Assembly (NCBI GenBank): GCA_028534125.1
Contig: CM052818.1
Span: 26,290,001-26,354,000, forward strand
Reading direction: 5' to 3'
Origin: Lama glama
Taxonomy: Eukaryota
DNA length: 64,000 nucleotides
Within the stretch, counting starts at the first letter, position 1, and every line of letters starts with the position of its first letter. The notes beneath the pieces were generated by a model, which did not search any database, was not told the DNA's origin, and worked only from the letters and a program-made list of their open reading frames with translations. This document shows, one piece after another, positions 37,270 through 49,599 of this stretch. Both the position numbers and the translations under genes were made by a program.

Positions 37270-37430
37270 GTAGTCACAGAAATTCAACCAAGTAGGAATT
37301 TATATACCCATTTTTCAGGTGAGGAAACTGAGGATTTGTAAAGCAAAATGAGCTGTCCAAGATCACACTGCAAATACTAGTAGAACCAGGATGCAAGCTA
37401 ATTCCGTCAGACCCCAGGGTCTGTGTCATC
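37270..37430 (-). mobile_element. MIR SINE
   Basis: CCCATTTTTCAGGTGAGGAAACTGAGG...TCCAAGATCACAC. Confidence 0.75.
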
Positions 37431-38719
37431 ATTGCCTGGAGAGCTCAGCAGACATTTAGTTTTCTAGGTAATTCATCATTGTTGTTTGTCTGGCAAACAG
37501 CCTAACCCAGCCTTTGATCTGAAGCATCTTCTCCTCCCTAAGATTGTCATACAGATAAGAAAAGTTAAGGAGTAAGGCTGAGGCAGCCATTTCCCAATAC
37601 ATCCCAATAGAAGATGACAAGAAACATTTTCACAGTAGGAAACATGGTGGATCTGAGTTTGTGAACAGTTACTTATTTTTGGAGGTCCAAGCCCATTTTC
37701 ACCCACTTCAGATGATGGGTTCCCAGTGCTTTGCTCCAATTTCTGAGACTTGACTTTGTGTTTCTCAGATATCACCTTTTATTTCAAGACCCCAAAGCAT
37801 TTTTGACCATTTTTGTTTTCATATTTATTTATTACTATAGTGACATACTTGAGGATTATTTAAGGTTGCTCTTTTGGAAACCCTTATGATGCTCATCACT
37901 TCTAACCTAATGAAATATTGTTGGCTGAATGAATAGCCATATTCATGAACCCATCATGAATATCTTTTCTGTCCACTGGGCTGTGACATAATGGGGGCCC
38001 AGAGAGGGGCTCTGATTTGGGGGGTCCACTTTCTGCTTCTGAGACCTGACAGCAAAAAAGATTTTTAGAGGTGCTGGTAAATGTGAGAAGAGGAAGCAGA
38101 AAGAACCGAGATCAACGTGCAGAAATCTCATCGTTGCCTCATACCAAGAGTCTATACAGAGATGGATAGTAAGTTCAGCAACTTCACAGCCTTCTGGAGA
38201 AGCAGCCAAGGCCAGGCCCTCAGAGCCTGGGCTGCCAGCCCACCCTACATGGGCAGCCATTGCAGGAGTGCTTTGTTTCTAGAAGTTTAGAGAGAAGTTC
38301 TTCAGCTGCTCACCTTTTGATCTGAAGACCTTCCTCTCTGGTGCCCTAGCCCGACAGTCCTTTCACTTACTGCCCCTCTGGAGCTCCCCAGCCTGGTGCC
38401 CCTCTTCAAACTCCCCCTATCTCTTGCCTTGAGTCTGAGAATCCAACACAAAGAACCACAGAGAACCACACCCACCTGGGCTCCTGGTAACACATGACCA
38501 AAACCACAGAAAAGGGTGAGGGTCAGGAAAAGCTGATCGGTTCAACAACAGCTTCTTCTGAGTCCCTTGCTGGGTTCTATCTGACGTGGCCACATTTGGG
38601 ATGGAGGGGAGTGTCCACTTCACAGTGTTCATTATCCATAATGTTGACAAGGAGTACAAATTGGGACCCCTTCTGGATTTTACCTCCTGCAGAGGACCCA
38701 AATGCCAACCATCATCACC

Positions 38720-38945
38720 ACCACTGAGTACTTACTACAGGCTGTGCAATATTTTAAGCACTTGTACATTTAAATCTTCATTACAAGACTATGTGGAAGA
38801 TACTGTCATCCCTGTTATACAGATGATGCGAGGGACACACTGAGCTCAGGTCATTAGCTTAGTAAGTAGTAGAGCCAGGACCCCAAACCCAAAACCCCAA
38901 ATAGTCTGACCTCACAGGTTCTGCTGCTACATTAAATTGCCTCTC
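38720..38945 (-). mobile_element. MIR SINE
   Basis: CTGAGTACTTACTACAGGC...ATTTAAATCTTCATTACAA...AGCTTAGTAAGTAGTAGAGCCAGGA. Confidence 0.7.
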
Positions 38946-40989
38946 AGAACACAGATTGATTTTGAATATCTTATTCTATCTTTGCATTTAAAAAAAAAAA
39001 CTTTTCCTTGTATAATGTAATATCCAGTAGAGCTGACACCTCATTTATTACTATTATTCTTATTACTATTAGTTATTATTGTCATTACTTTAGGAATTTT
39101 AGATATGATGTCAATCTGCTTTTGGAGCAGACTTTCTGTATTTGGAGGGAAAAGATCAGAAAGGACTCTTTGGCTGCATAAATAAAAAACACGTGCTTTT
39201 ATTTTTCTTGGAAAAAAAGTGAAGTTATCATAAACCCGGATATAGATGCTGCAACCCATCCTGTTAAGTTCTGTTTTGTAATAGAAATGGAATGTATTTT
39301 TAGGATGACTGTATCCTTACAGAATTAGAGAAAATTTTTGGTCCCTTAACATGGACAGGAATTGTGTGGTTGAAATAGCCCATGCATTGTTGTAAAGACT
39401 GAAAAGTCTAGAATTTGGAGGGTAGGCATCACTCTCTGGGTGGTGGTGGGAAGAAAATGGAGGTTTCCACTGTCATTTAGGCTGCAAAGGGAGCAGGAGA
39501 CCAGGGGAGAGGCCTGGAGGTGGGGGTGGGAGGTGGCGCTCTGAGCTTCTGGGGACAAGGCAGGGAGCTGGGGGTTGGGGAATGAGAGTTCAGAGGTTAG
39601 GGACTGGCCTGGGCGCCCCAAGAGCAACTCCTTGTGGTTTTAACTATACTATCCTCTGTTATTCTTGGATTATCCCTGGGCTTTCAGTTAATCTCCAGAG
39701 ACTGGTTTTAACTATGCTTTGGGCATTTGGAAAAATGGCCAGTGATCACAACAGGAGCCAGAGTTGGCGGCTAGTGTTCTGAAAACACATGTGGCTGTGC
39801 AGGGAGGGCTGCGGGCAATGCTGGGCCATGTCAGCATGCCTCCTGGGGCCCAGAACCTACAAGAAGAAAGGTACCCAGTGAGGGAAAGGATAACCCATCT
39901 GAGAGAGAAAGAGGCTTGGGCTTTGGGAGTTTGGATATTACAGGACATTTAGCCACAGTTTTAGGAGGTCTGGAAATAAATCTAAGTTATGTTGAAGTAA
40001 TTTCCACTCTGAACAATAGCAGAAAAACCAGCTGGATACATAGTAGAAGATGTTCATTTTACTAATCAAGTGTTTCTCAAACTAAAGGAACAGATCTTTA
40101 TAAAGAAAGAATTCTTATAGATTCTCAGTATTATTATTATTATTAGTAGTAGTAGTATTTAAAATATAAAACCAGTTACCTTTTTGCAAAGTCCTGATCT
40201 TTATAGTTTTTAGCCATAAAACCAAAACAAATTTCAAGGTTAATCTAAACAAAATTACTAAAGTACACTTTTATTAACAATAGCAATTTAATGTAACTGA
40301 TGATGGTGTTTTGGTGAAACTAAAAGGCCAAAATGGTTTAAGAGCAGAAAATAACAGGCTTAGTTCCAGTTCTACATTTTGACCTTGGCAGGTTTTTGTA
40401 GAGAGTACTTATTAGGATAAGTATACTCAAAAAATTTTGCAAAATTCCAAAGCTTTGTTTTCTCATTCAGGATAAGCAGACCTCAAATTTAATAATAATA
40501 ATTTTTTTAAAAAATTCTGCCAATGAGCAATCTTCAAATGCCAATTTTGATGATCTGCTACTTGATAACCATACAAAGCTGCCTTATATGCTGCTGAAAG
40601 TTGAGGCTCTATTTGTGGCATTTTTGAAACTTGCATTTCATGGGAATCTAATACAACTATGGTGCGAATCAGAAACAGAACATTTTCCATTGTGCATTTT
40701 GTTCTCACTGACTGCAGGCTGGTGTGAACAAAGAGGCTGTCTGGGTAATGTATCTGCTCACTACCTACGTGAAAACAATACTCTGCACAGAGCTGCTTCA
40801 GCAAGCCTGTATCACCACGGGCATGTGCTAGCTCAATTCCCCCAGACCACCCCTTTTTCTTTCTATTACAAAACTTTCCTTTAAACAGTGTGCTGTGTCA
40901 TTGTCTTCTGTGTGATGCAAATATAAGCAGAAAACAAAACTGCAATCAGCACTGAATGTAGCAATAATAGCATTTCATTATTATGTGGT

Positions 40990-41343
40990 TATTATGGACT
41001 AAATGTTGGTGTTCTCCACAAAATTCATACAGTTAAACTCTAACCCCTAATCTGATGGTGTTGGTTGGAACTGGTGCCATTAAGAGGATGAGGGTAGGGC
41101 CTTCATGATGGAATTAGTGTCCTTATAAGAAGAGAAGGAAAGACCAGAGCCTGCTCTCTCTCTACCAAGTGAGGACACAGAGACGGGGCTACCTGTAGGC
41201 CTGCAGAAGAGTTCCCACCAGGAAATGAATTGACCAGCACCTTGACCTTGAACTTCCCAGCCTCCAGATGTGTGAGAAATAAACTTTTGTTGTTTAAGAC
41301 ACTCAGTCTATGGTAGTTTGTTATGGCAGCCTGAGCTAAGACA
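40990..41343 (+). mobile_element. MaLR solo LTR (MLT1A-like) with an intact 5-bp TSD
   Basis: TATTATGGACTAAATG...CCTTGAACTTCCCAGCCTCCAGA...TTATGGCAGCCTGAGCTAAGACA; TSD GTGGT at 40985-40989 and 41344-41348. Confidence 0.92.
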
Positions 41344-41889
41344 GTGGTCATCCAGATGATTAAGTAGAGATTTGATTTTTTTTAAGGTTATCATCAAAAT
41401 GATAACCTCTTCAAATAAATTTCTGGGCAGAATATAGAAATCCTCAGGAATATGTCTTACACTTCCCAGGCTGCTCCAGCTTGAATGTAAGAACAGGGCA
41501 ATGATAAAGCCATGGAACAGGGCTGCCCTGGCCCTGCCCCAGCCTGCTCTGGGAGAATTCTGGCCTGCCCTCCTCAAATTCCTTGAAAATAATTCTGGGT
41601 GTCCCCGGATATCTCTCCTGAACTCTGAAAACTGGTTCTTACAGCTACCATGTTGTCGGCCATGCTCCCCTCTTAGCTGTGGCAGTGACTCTGATCATTG
41701 CTGAGGAAGAAAAACATCAGTTCTGTCCCCTGATGTTTGTTAAGGCCACTACCTCAGCTGCTCCTGTTTAGCAAGGATCCCACTGCTCTTGTCCCCATCA
41801 TTGCAGCGTCAGTGCCAAAGCCAGAGCTTGAGTGTGGGTGGCTGAGCCAAGGGCACCGAGGTGACAGGACACCAAGGAGTGTCTGTAGT

Positions 41890-42196
41890 TGATGCTTTCA
41901 CTTCTCTGTATCCCATGGGGGTTCACAAGAAACAGCTTTCCTGGTCACTCCAGGGCTCTCCAGCACTCAGCCCTATGAACTTAAGTCTCCCCAGACTCTC
42001 AACTCTGTCTCCTCCACTCAGGGAGTCCACTGGGCTCCTCCTGGGTCCCCTTCCCTGTGCTGTGGCCTGGAAACTCTTTTGGGGCAATTGATGGGACCAC
42101 TGTAAGGTTCACTAGGTTTGTTTCCCATTTCTTAGGGGTCACTGTCCATTGTCTGATATTCAGTGTTTTGAAAAACATTATTTCATCTAACTTAGG

Positions 42197-42235
<39 letters not shown>

Positions 42236-42435
42236 TCCCCCTCTCTCTTTTCTTTTTCCTTCAGGCAGGCAGGTAATTTCAGCCCTTATTGCTCCATCTT
42301 GGTCAGAAGTCAAAAGCAGAAATTCCCAAACTGTTTTGCAAAGTAGTAGCAATCTACACTTTTAACCACATGGTACAGATGCTGCTGTTGCTCTCCATCC
42401 TCATGAACTCTTGGTATTTTCACACTTTCTAATTG
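41890..42435 (-). mobile_element. old L1 fragments (L1MC/MD 5' region, then a 3' ORF2-end piece)
   Basis: CTCAACTCTGTCTCCTCCACTCAGGGAG...GTTTTGAAAAACATTATTTCAT...CCATCTTGGTCAGAAGTC; then CCCAAACTGTTTTGCAAAGTAG. Confidence 0.6.
42201..42248. repeat. (CT)15 microsatellite plus degenerate extension
   Basis: seen directly. Confidence 0.95.
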
Positions 42436-44149
42436 TCTTAAGGATTAAACTAGTTCACTTACGGGATTTAATGTGATTCTCCTCAGAGAATCTCCTCAGA
42501 AAGCAATCTAAAAGTTAAAGGAGCGAGGATAACGTTTAATCTAAAGGAATGAATCTCTAATCATAAAATTTTAGGCAGTAGGGTAATAGGTAGGGGGGAT
42601 ATACCAGCACCAGTGGAATTTAGTCCAATACTCTTCATCATTATAGTATCTCTATTTGTTTATTTAAGGAAAGCAAAATTGTTAACTCATTGAAATTAAT
42701 AGTTCTGTGAAATGGTGGTAACATTTAATGCCTACTATAAATCATAGACTCTTACAAGCATTTAATTCCATTAACGGAGAGAACCCTAGAGATTCTTGAC
42801 CAAAATTTCCTACTTAAAGTCCAGAGGAAGACACAAAGATAAAGTGTACATATACACACAGGGTATGCGGGGTCAGAGGAGCAGCATCAGATGGCCACTT
42901 TAGTCACTTTATGAAGCCCCTCCTTCTCCGGGGACTGTGTTGCCACTGTTAAAAGCACTTATAGTTTTTTTTTTGAAAATGACCATATTCTCCAGAGAAA
43001 TTCTCCAGGAAGGAATCTAATTTTCTTGTAATTATTGAATTCTCTAGGTAACAGAGTCTTTATTTCATTTTAAGAAAGGTTGTTTGGTATTACTCATATA
43101 ATGGACTGTTCTGTCCTCCCCTCTCCCACCAGTGTTTGGAGACAGCAGCAGTGGAATTCTTCAATTCCTGCACTGCACCTGGCCCTCATCAAACTTTGCA
43201 AACACCCAACACTGTGTAGAAACATTCGGTTTGAAAAAAAAAAGGCAAAACTTTGGTAGTAAGCATACTCATTAAACTATAAAAATGACTCTATGATCTT
43301 CATTTTATTTAGTTTTTAGTATTTCTACATCCATAGTCTTCATTTCGAAATAACATTTGTTTTGTGGTTGCTGACGGATGTGATGAAACAGTCCAAAATC
43401 TGCTTTCCACAGTTCTTTACAACAGACCAAAATAGCGTTCTTGTTCACGCTAGGATACCCCAGTGTTGGCGTGCATTCTGGCCAACTAGCAGAGGGCAAA
43501 CAGAAAGTACTTAATTATTTGGTGCTAGAATATGCTCTTTATGATTATAGAATTGCTTCCTCCAAAGAAGAAACAAAGCTGCTTTATGCTACTTTTCTTC
43601 TTGGTCTAACTCAGAAGGTGCAAGAAGTGGGAGACAAGGGTAGTTTTAGCATTCATTTCCGGAAATAAGACATTCTTCCTTCCTGGTGAATGTGAGTTCC
43701 AGGAGTTTACAGATGAAAATTAAGAAAATGTTTTCCATCAAAATACTTTATCTTGGAGGCTGTAAAACTCAAACTGCCAACAAGCCCTCCACATAATAAG
43801 CCTGATTTTGAAATTTCTCAGATTTTTTTTAAGAACAATAATCTACGTCTTTTATGTATTCCTCAAAAAACATCTGGAGCAGAAAGAGGTAGTAGCTCAG
43901 ATTTGGTTGACAGTACTAGAGTGGTGTCTCCCACTTACTACCGATTAGACAGGAGGAACAAAAGAGAGGGCCCAAGGGGATCATTTAAACAACTGTTCAT
44001 TCCTGTTCTGCATCTACCCAAATCCAAAAACAGGCAAGATCTTAAAAGCAAATCCTCTATTCATGGCATTTCCTTTCTTCATGAGACTCCAGCACATTCC
44101 AAACTTGACTGCAGAGTCCTTTATTAGAATAAAACCACTCATTCTAAAA

Positions 44150-45090
44150 TCTAGAAGAAATATTCTTGTCAAATGGATCTGGGAGCTCAAATATTATTGC
44201 TCGTCTCACCACTGCTGGAAGGAAACTTCAGTATCACCCTCAATGTACCCTTCCCTTCCTCCCACATTCAACGACCAACAATCCTACCTTAGAACTGTCT
44301 CCAGCTCATTCCCACTCTGACCTCCTTTCTTTGGGCCCTGTCATCACTTGTGTGAATATAGGTCCCGGATGGGTTTCCCTGCTTCCTGTCTCTTCATTCC
44401 CCACTGTGTTGCCAGATGGACCTTTAAGATATGCGAACAGCACTGGATCACATCTGTCCATAGGTGTCTACCCTTTGTCTTGCAGGTTGGCTTTTTGATG
44501 GCCGTTTGTAGGGAGCCCTAAGTGCTGAGCAGACTAAGCCCCAAAACTCCCTCCCTCCATATCATAGGAGCTGCTCCTCATCTATCTCTTTTGTCCTTTG
44601 GAGCTTGAATGAAAGATTCTATTGAAAAGGAAGCCTGTTCCTTAAGCAAACAAACAAAACAAAAAACTCTACTGACCACAAGATCAAACCCTAATTCCTT
44701 TTCATGGCATGGAAGTCACCCCCGATGGACAGTCCCATCCTTTCCAGAGCCTCCTCTCCTACCATTTCTCCCAATAACCTCAGCTCCAAGCCCTTATCAG
44801 GGTTCCCACGCCCCTTGTTGGAACTACCTTTCCCAGCTTATCTCCCCTACAAAGTTCTTTTACACAGTCTTGAAGACATGGCTCATTTGTTACTTCCTCA
44901 CTGAACTTTCCTCAACTTCCCCAGATAATCATTCCCATCTTTGTGCTCCCACGGTTTTATGATCTTTCATCGTCGCCATCTCCTACCCTGCATTGTCATT
45001 TCATTTGTCTATTTTCCTAGCACCTTGTCTCATTGACCTCAGCACTGAGCACAGATTTCTTGACACATAATGGGCATTCTCCAGTTAATT
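44150..45090 (+). mobile_element. L2 LINE fragment with a probable MER103C-like insert at ~44465-44672
   Basis: L2-like ACAAGATCAAACCCTAATTCCTT and TCTTGAAGACATGGCTCATTTGTTACTTCCTC; insert has GGAGCTGCTCC...AAGATTCTATTGAAAAGGAAG. Confidence 0.55.
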
Positions 45091-46619
45091 AATGCTCTCA
45101 TGTTGAGTAAAATCAAAGCTTTTCCCCATCGATTTTAGTAAGGCCTGTGTATGAGATCTGCTAAATTCAACACTTAAAAGCAAATAATCATATAAACAAA
45201 AAAATCCACTTACGATATACTAGAAAAAGAAAAGAACCTTTGAAGAGGGGAAAGAATATGGCAGTGATTTTGAATAAAACTAAGACTTACAGTTGATTAA
45301 CCGAGTTCTGCAAAGATCTGCATATTTGGAAACTCCTAGGAATTTGTAGGACCAGAGTAAGTTGGTTTCTGAGGATGAGATTAATATTTTCCCCTTCATT
45401 TTATGTACAGTTGAGCCTCACTAATTCAGACTGAAGGGTGAGACAACTGTTTGAATTAATGAAATTCTGTATCATAGGATGTTTTCAATGTAATTGCTTC
45501 TTTAACACTTTAGACTTAGTTTAATAAAAGCACAGGATCATTTTGAATGTACACCTTTATCATATGCAAATTAAAAAGAAAAGTTTAGTTTAGCATTTGT
45601 GTCATCAGTTCCACTACAAACATTATTTTTTAAAGATAGGTCAAAGGGAAACTTTGGCACTTGGTCAGATGACCACAACTCTGAGCTAGGTTCATATGAA
45701 TAGCATTTCAACATCATGTTAGTTTTCAGCAAATATGCATTAATGCATAGTATTCCCAAGGCTGGAATGAAAAACTGGGCTAGGAAGAGACTATTCTGTA
45801 CTCCCTTCATGTTTCCAAATTATTTTCATGGTGAATTTAGCCAGTTTTCCATGGCTCACAAAACTCCAGGCTGGCTTGAGTTTCCTGCTTCCTTCTTTGG
45901 CAGTACTGCACCAAACCTTTTCAAGAGATATGTTCTTACTTAGAGGAAAGGAAATATCAGATCCAAGCCATTTTACATGCACCGGATGCCAAGCACCAAA
46001 CAAAGCAGCTCAACTTTTCAAAGACTTGATATCATAACTGTAGCCACTTGAGTAAAGGCTTAGTCCTGGAATGGCCAAGTTAAATAAGTTAGAATCAGGG
46101 CTAAATTGATCTCCACATCTAGTCTTCATAAATCTACATGAAGAAGTTCTGAATCAAAGAAAAATAAATTAAAAGTGTGTAATACTGGTTCATGTCTGGC
46201 TGGTCTGTTTTGGTGTTGCTGTGAGGACTGTCTCTTCTCAGTGCATACTGAGTTTGTAGAGGTGGAACCAAGAAAATGCAGGATTCTAGAAGATAGCACC
46301 TCAGAAGGTCACCCACTTGGAATTCTTGCCTCTAAGTGAGGAGGAGGGAACAGGTCATAGACATCTCGAGAGCCATTGTGACATCAGGGTGGCTTTTCAG
46401 ATCCCTGCCCCATCTGTCCCCGGAGGCTCATCTCAGGCACAAGGATACAGAATGGTAAGTATCTGACATGTGTCATAGGTCCAACAGATCGGTGGGATTT
46501 CTAGCTTCAAATAGAGGAAAGTTACTAAGATATAGAAAGTGGGAGGGAGTTGTTTTGGGGATTTTTTAGCATCCGCAGTTAACTGGGTCTCTATAGTAAA
46601 AGCCTTTTGACTACAGCTG

Positions 46620-46712
46620 AGGACCTCTCATTGCACAACTAACTCCATGGGGCATCACACACACAACAAAATGTAAAAAGTGTCCCCTAGAGTTGTGCAA
46701 TGCAGAATTCCT
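46620..46712. mobile_element. MER91-like palindromic hAT-Tip100 MITE
   Basis: Inverted arms CATTGCACAACT...AGTTGTGCAATG with GGGGCA/TGTCCCC inside. Confidence 0.6.
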
Positions 46713-46724
46713 GCTCCACAGCCC

Positions 46725-47216
46725 CATCTATAACATATGACCTGCCCCCTTGGCTGCAGTTGACTAGACCAGGGATGAATGAATGTTGGCCATGTTGAGC
46801 TAAATCAGAGCAATCAAATTCGTTTAGGAATTTGGAATTTGAATAGAGACACTTCCAACAAATCTAGGCTGTTTCCTTATAAGAAGACAAAGTAAAATTT
46901 AGCTTTCTGGAACAGGGTGTGTATATGTTTCGGGTGGTAGTTGGGAAGTGGGGAACTTTCTATGTGAGGGTGCATATTCTGCAGAGAGCAAAGAATGAAG
47001 GCAATAATTAGAGAGAAGTACTAGCAAGCGATAGAGTAGGGGATCTACCAAGGCTCCTGACAAGTTCTCTGCTCCTGGCTACTGACCTCTCCTGGGGTTC
47101 ACCTGCATTTCTGTTCTTGGGTGCTATGAGATATCTATATCCTCAAAACAAAAAGTGATACCAAAACTCACTTAAATTCATGGTGGTTACTATAACTGAA
47201 GAGTCCCAACAAAGAC
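46725..47216 (+). mobile_element. old ERVL LTR (LTR16/LTR33-like)
   Basis: TTGGCTGCAGTTGACTAGACCAGGGATG...CAATCAAATTC...AGGAATTTGGAATT...GAGTCCCAACAAAGACA. Confidence 0.5.
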
Positions 47217-47559
47217 ACTAAATAAAACAATCACTTACGATAGAATTAGGCCTTGTTTCTAGAAGAATCTGCACTCCTCTGTAACTGATGCTAGGCTCAG
47301 GAAGAACTATATGTAAACCAAGTCAGGCTTCATATTATCGAGCCCTCCTTAAGGAGCCTAAGAGCAGCCAGATTAACTGTATAATCCTGCTGTGTAGTTA
47401 ATATTTCTTTCTGTGGTAAAGTTCTTTAAATTCAACCTGCATGCCACTTGCTGCAATTTCACCTTCTTACTGCTTCTCAACTAAGAGGATTTGGAGAGTA
47501 AATGACAACTAACCATTCTTGGAATAATAATTTTAAGAGTTAGACATAGAAATAGGCAG

Positions 47560-47705
47560 AAATTTCAAGCTAACTTGATTCAACCCTCTAATTTGACAAA
47601 TGAGGAGTCTGAGACCACAGAGGCTTATATGATTTGCCCAAGGTCACGTGTGGAATGTGGCAGAGCAGGGACTAGAACTCAGATTACAAGCTGCTCCAGA
47701 GCCAA
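47560..47705 (-). mobile_element. MIR SINE
   Basis: TTGACAAATGAGGAGTCTGAGACCACAGAG...TTGCCCAAGGTCACG...GGCAGAGCAGGGACTAGAACTCAG. Confidence 0.8.
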
Positions 47706-48047
47706 ATTTCATCAGAGAGAAATGCTAAAGGTAAAGGCAATTGTTTTTCTCGTCGTTAATTTTAACTTCTTGGTCATATGATCTGGATAGTTTCAAACTC
47801 TGGGACACTTTCAAGAGGTAAAATTCCTTGGCAAATAACTGAATGGTTTCTCCATTTAATTATTGACTTCAAGAGTACATAGCGAAGTCATAGAGCTTTT
47901 AAGATCATCTTGACAATTTTGTACTTGTTAGAGAAAAGGAAATCTTCTGAATTTTGAGTTTCAATATCATTGAAGGAGTATGTAGTCAAGATATCAGTCA
48001 AGTTTCAGAAAAATGTGTGCCACTTGAAGTTAAAATTGTTCTAAACC

Positions 48048-48289
48048 AGGAGAAGAAGAAGGAGGAGGAGGAGGAGGGGAAGGAGGGGAAGGAGGGGAAG
48101 GAGAGGAAGGAGAGGAGGGAGAGGAGGGAGAGGAAGAGGAGAAAGAGGAGGAAGAGGAAGAAGAGGGGGAAGAGGAAGAAGAAGGAGGGGGAAGAGGAAG
48201 AAGAAGGAGAAGAAGAAAAAGAAAGAAAGAAAGAAAGGAAAAAGAGAAGAAGAAAGAAAGGAAAAAGAGAAGAAGAAAGAAGGAAAAAG
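48048..48289 (+). repeat. 242-nt purine-only compound repeat
   Basis: No C or T from 48048 to 48289; made of (GAA)n, (GGA)n, 9-mers GGAGGGGAA/GGAGAGGAR and (GAAA)n. Confidence 0.95.
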
Positions 48290-48629
48290 CATACGTACTT
48301 AACTACTTAACTGTGTGTTAATGCTGTGCTTGTGAGTCATGATGAAGTCAATTTTCAGTATGAGTTATGGGTGGAAATGGCTCTTATTATTACCATTTAA
48401 TATGATGTAGGTTTCAGTAGAGTAATGAAACACAAATATGAGGTCATCTAATCCTGCTAAGTCTATAATGCTATTCTAACATTGCATTATTCAAAGAAAA
48501 TGCCAAATCCTGGGTAGTCAAATATATTATTATTCTTTTGAAGAAATGTATTGAGTATTTGGAACTTTTGAATAATTAAAAATCCCCTTCCTTTCGAAGC
48601 AACAAGGGTTATTATATTGAAGACTTTTT

Positions 48630-48782
48630 AAAAATAAATAATTAATTTTTAATTTTAATTTTTTGATTCATAATGTTGTATTAGTTTCTGGTGTACAGCA
48701 TAGTGATTCTGTTTTATATATATATTTATATATGTATATACTTTTTTATTACAGGGTACTACAGGGTACTACAAGCCATTTA
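48630..48782 (-). mobile_element. severely 5'-truncated cetartiodactyl-type L1 3' end
   Basis: TTGATTCATAATGTTGTATTAGTTTCTGGTGTACAGCATAGTGATTC; T-rich tail on the left; probable TSD TGAAGACTTTTT/TGAAGCCCTTTTT. Confidence 0.8.
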
Positions 48783-48896
48783 TGAAGCCCTTTTTAATCA
48801 AAGGAAAAGAACAAAAAAATTTTAACAATATTTAGAATACTACGTTCAGTATAAAATAGAGAAGAGACAGAATTGCTCAGAATTGCTGCTGTGGGA

Positions 48897-48918
48897 TGTG
48901 TGTGTGTGTGTGTGTGTG
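48897..48918. repeat. (TG)11 microsatellite
   Basis: seen directly. Confidence 0.95.
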
Positions 48919-49599
48919 TTAAGCTGGGCCCTCCATGCATGGTGCTTGGGATAGTTGATTGTGGCTCTGATCCAATAGTGAAAAGTAGAGTTTCTAACAT
49001 GAACAGAAACAAAAAAACAAACAAAAAAGTAAAAAACCTTGCCTGTTACAGCACTGCCAAGAATTTACTGTGTGATCTCTAGATATCCACTTTCCCTCTC
49101 TGGTGCCCTCCAGGAAAGTTATGTAAGAAAACCTAAAGTCTCTACTAATTCTACAATTCTATGATTCTGGAATATATGTCCTGAAAACAAAAATGATCAG
49201 TCTTTAAGAAAAGCTATTTGGTAAACAGAAGGTGTTGCCCCCAGAAACAGCTGGAATATTGTACATGACATAGTATACCATCTACTAGAATTGTATTACT
49301 CTCACTAGAATTTAGTCTTTAACCAGACTTCTGGTCCATTTGACCTTTACTTTCAAAATGGATAATAGGAAATGAATACAGGTCAAAATAACATAAAGCT
49401 TTCCCTTGAGTCTCTTTTCTCTATGAGAAACTCCTGGCAAAAAAATCCTAAGTGATGTACAGCAGTCGGTGTCCAGTGGGAGGCCCTCAAGCAGATGGCA
49501 GATGCGAGCCTCCCCTCTCTTCAGGATGGTGGCCCTGTGCAGCGTCATTGGTGCTTCTACCCAATTCAGCCAAGACACACTACTTGTAGCTCGGAGAAC

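Noticed and set aside
43370..43500. GTGATGA as box C of a C/D snoRNA
   Set aside because: There is no properly placed box D (CTGA) or terminal stem.
46401..46454. 54-nt exon candidate with a strong donor ATG|GTAAGT
   Set aside because: The acceptor has a very short pyrimidine tract with an AG just upstream, and I do not recognise the peptide.
47954..48310. Lys/Glu/Arg-rich 118-aa ORF and its Leu/Pro-rich antisense ORF
   Set aside because: Both are translations of the purine-only repeat, which cannot contain stop codons; there is no gene context.
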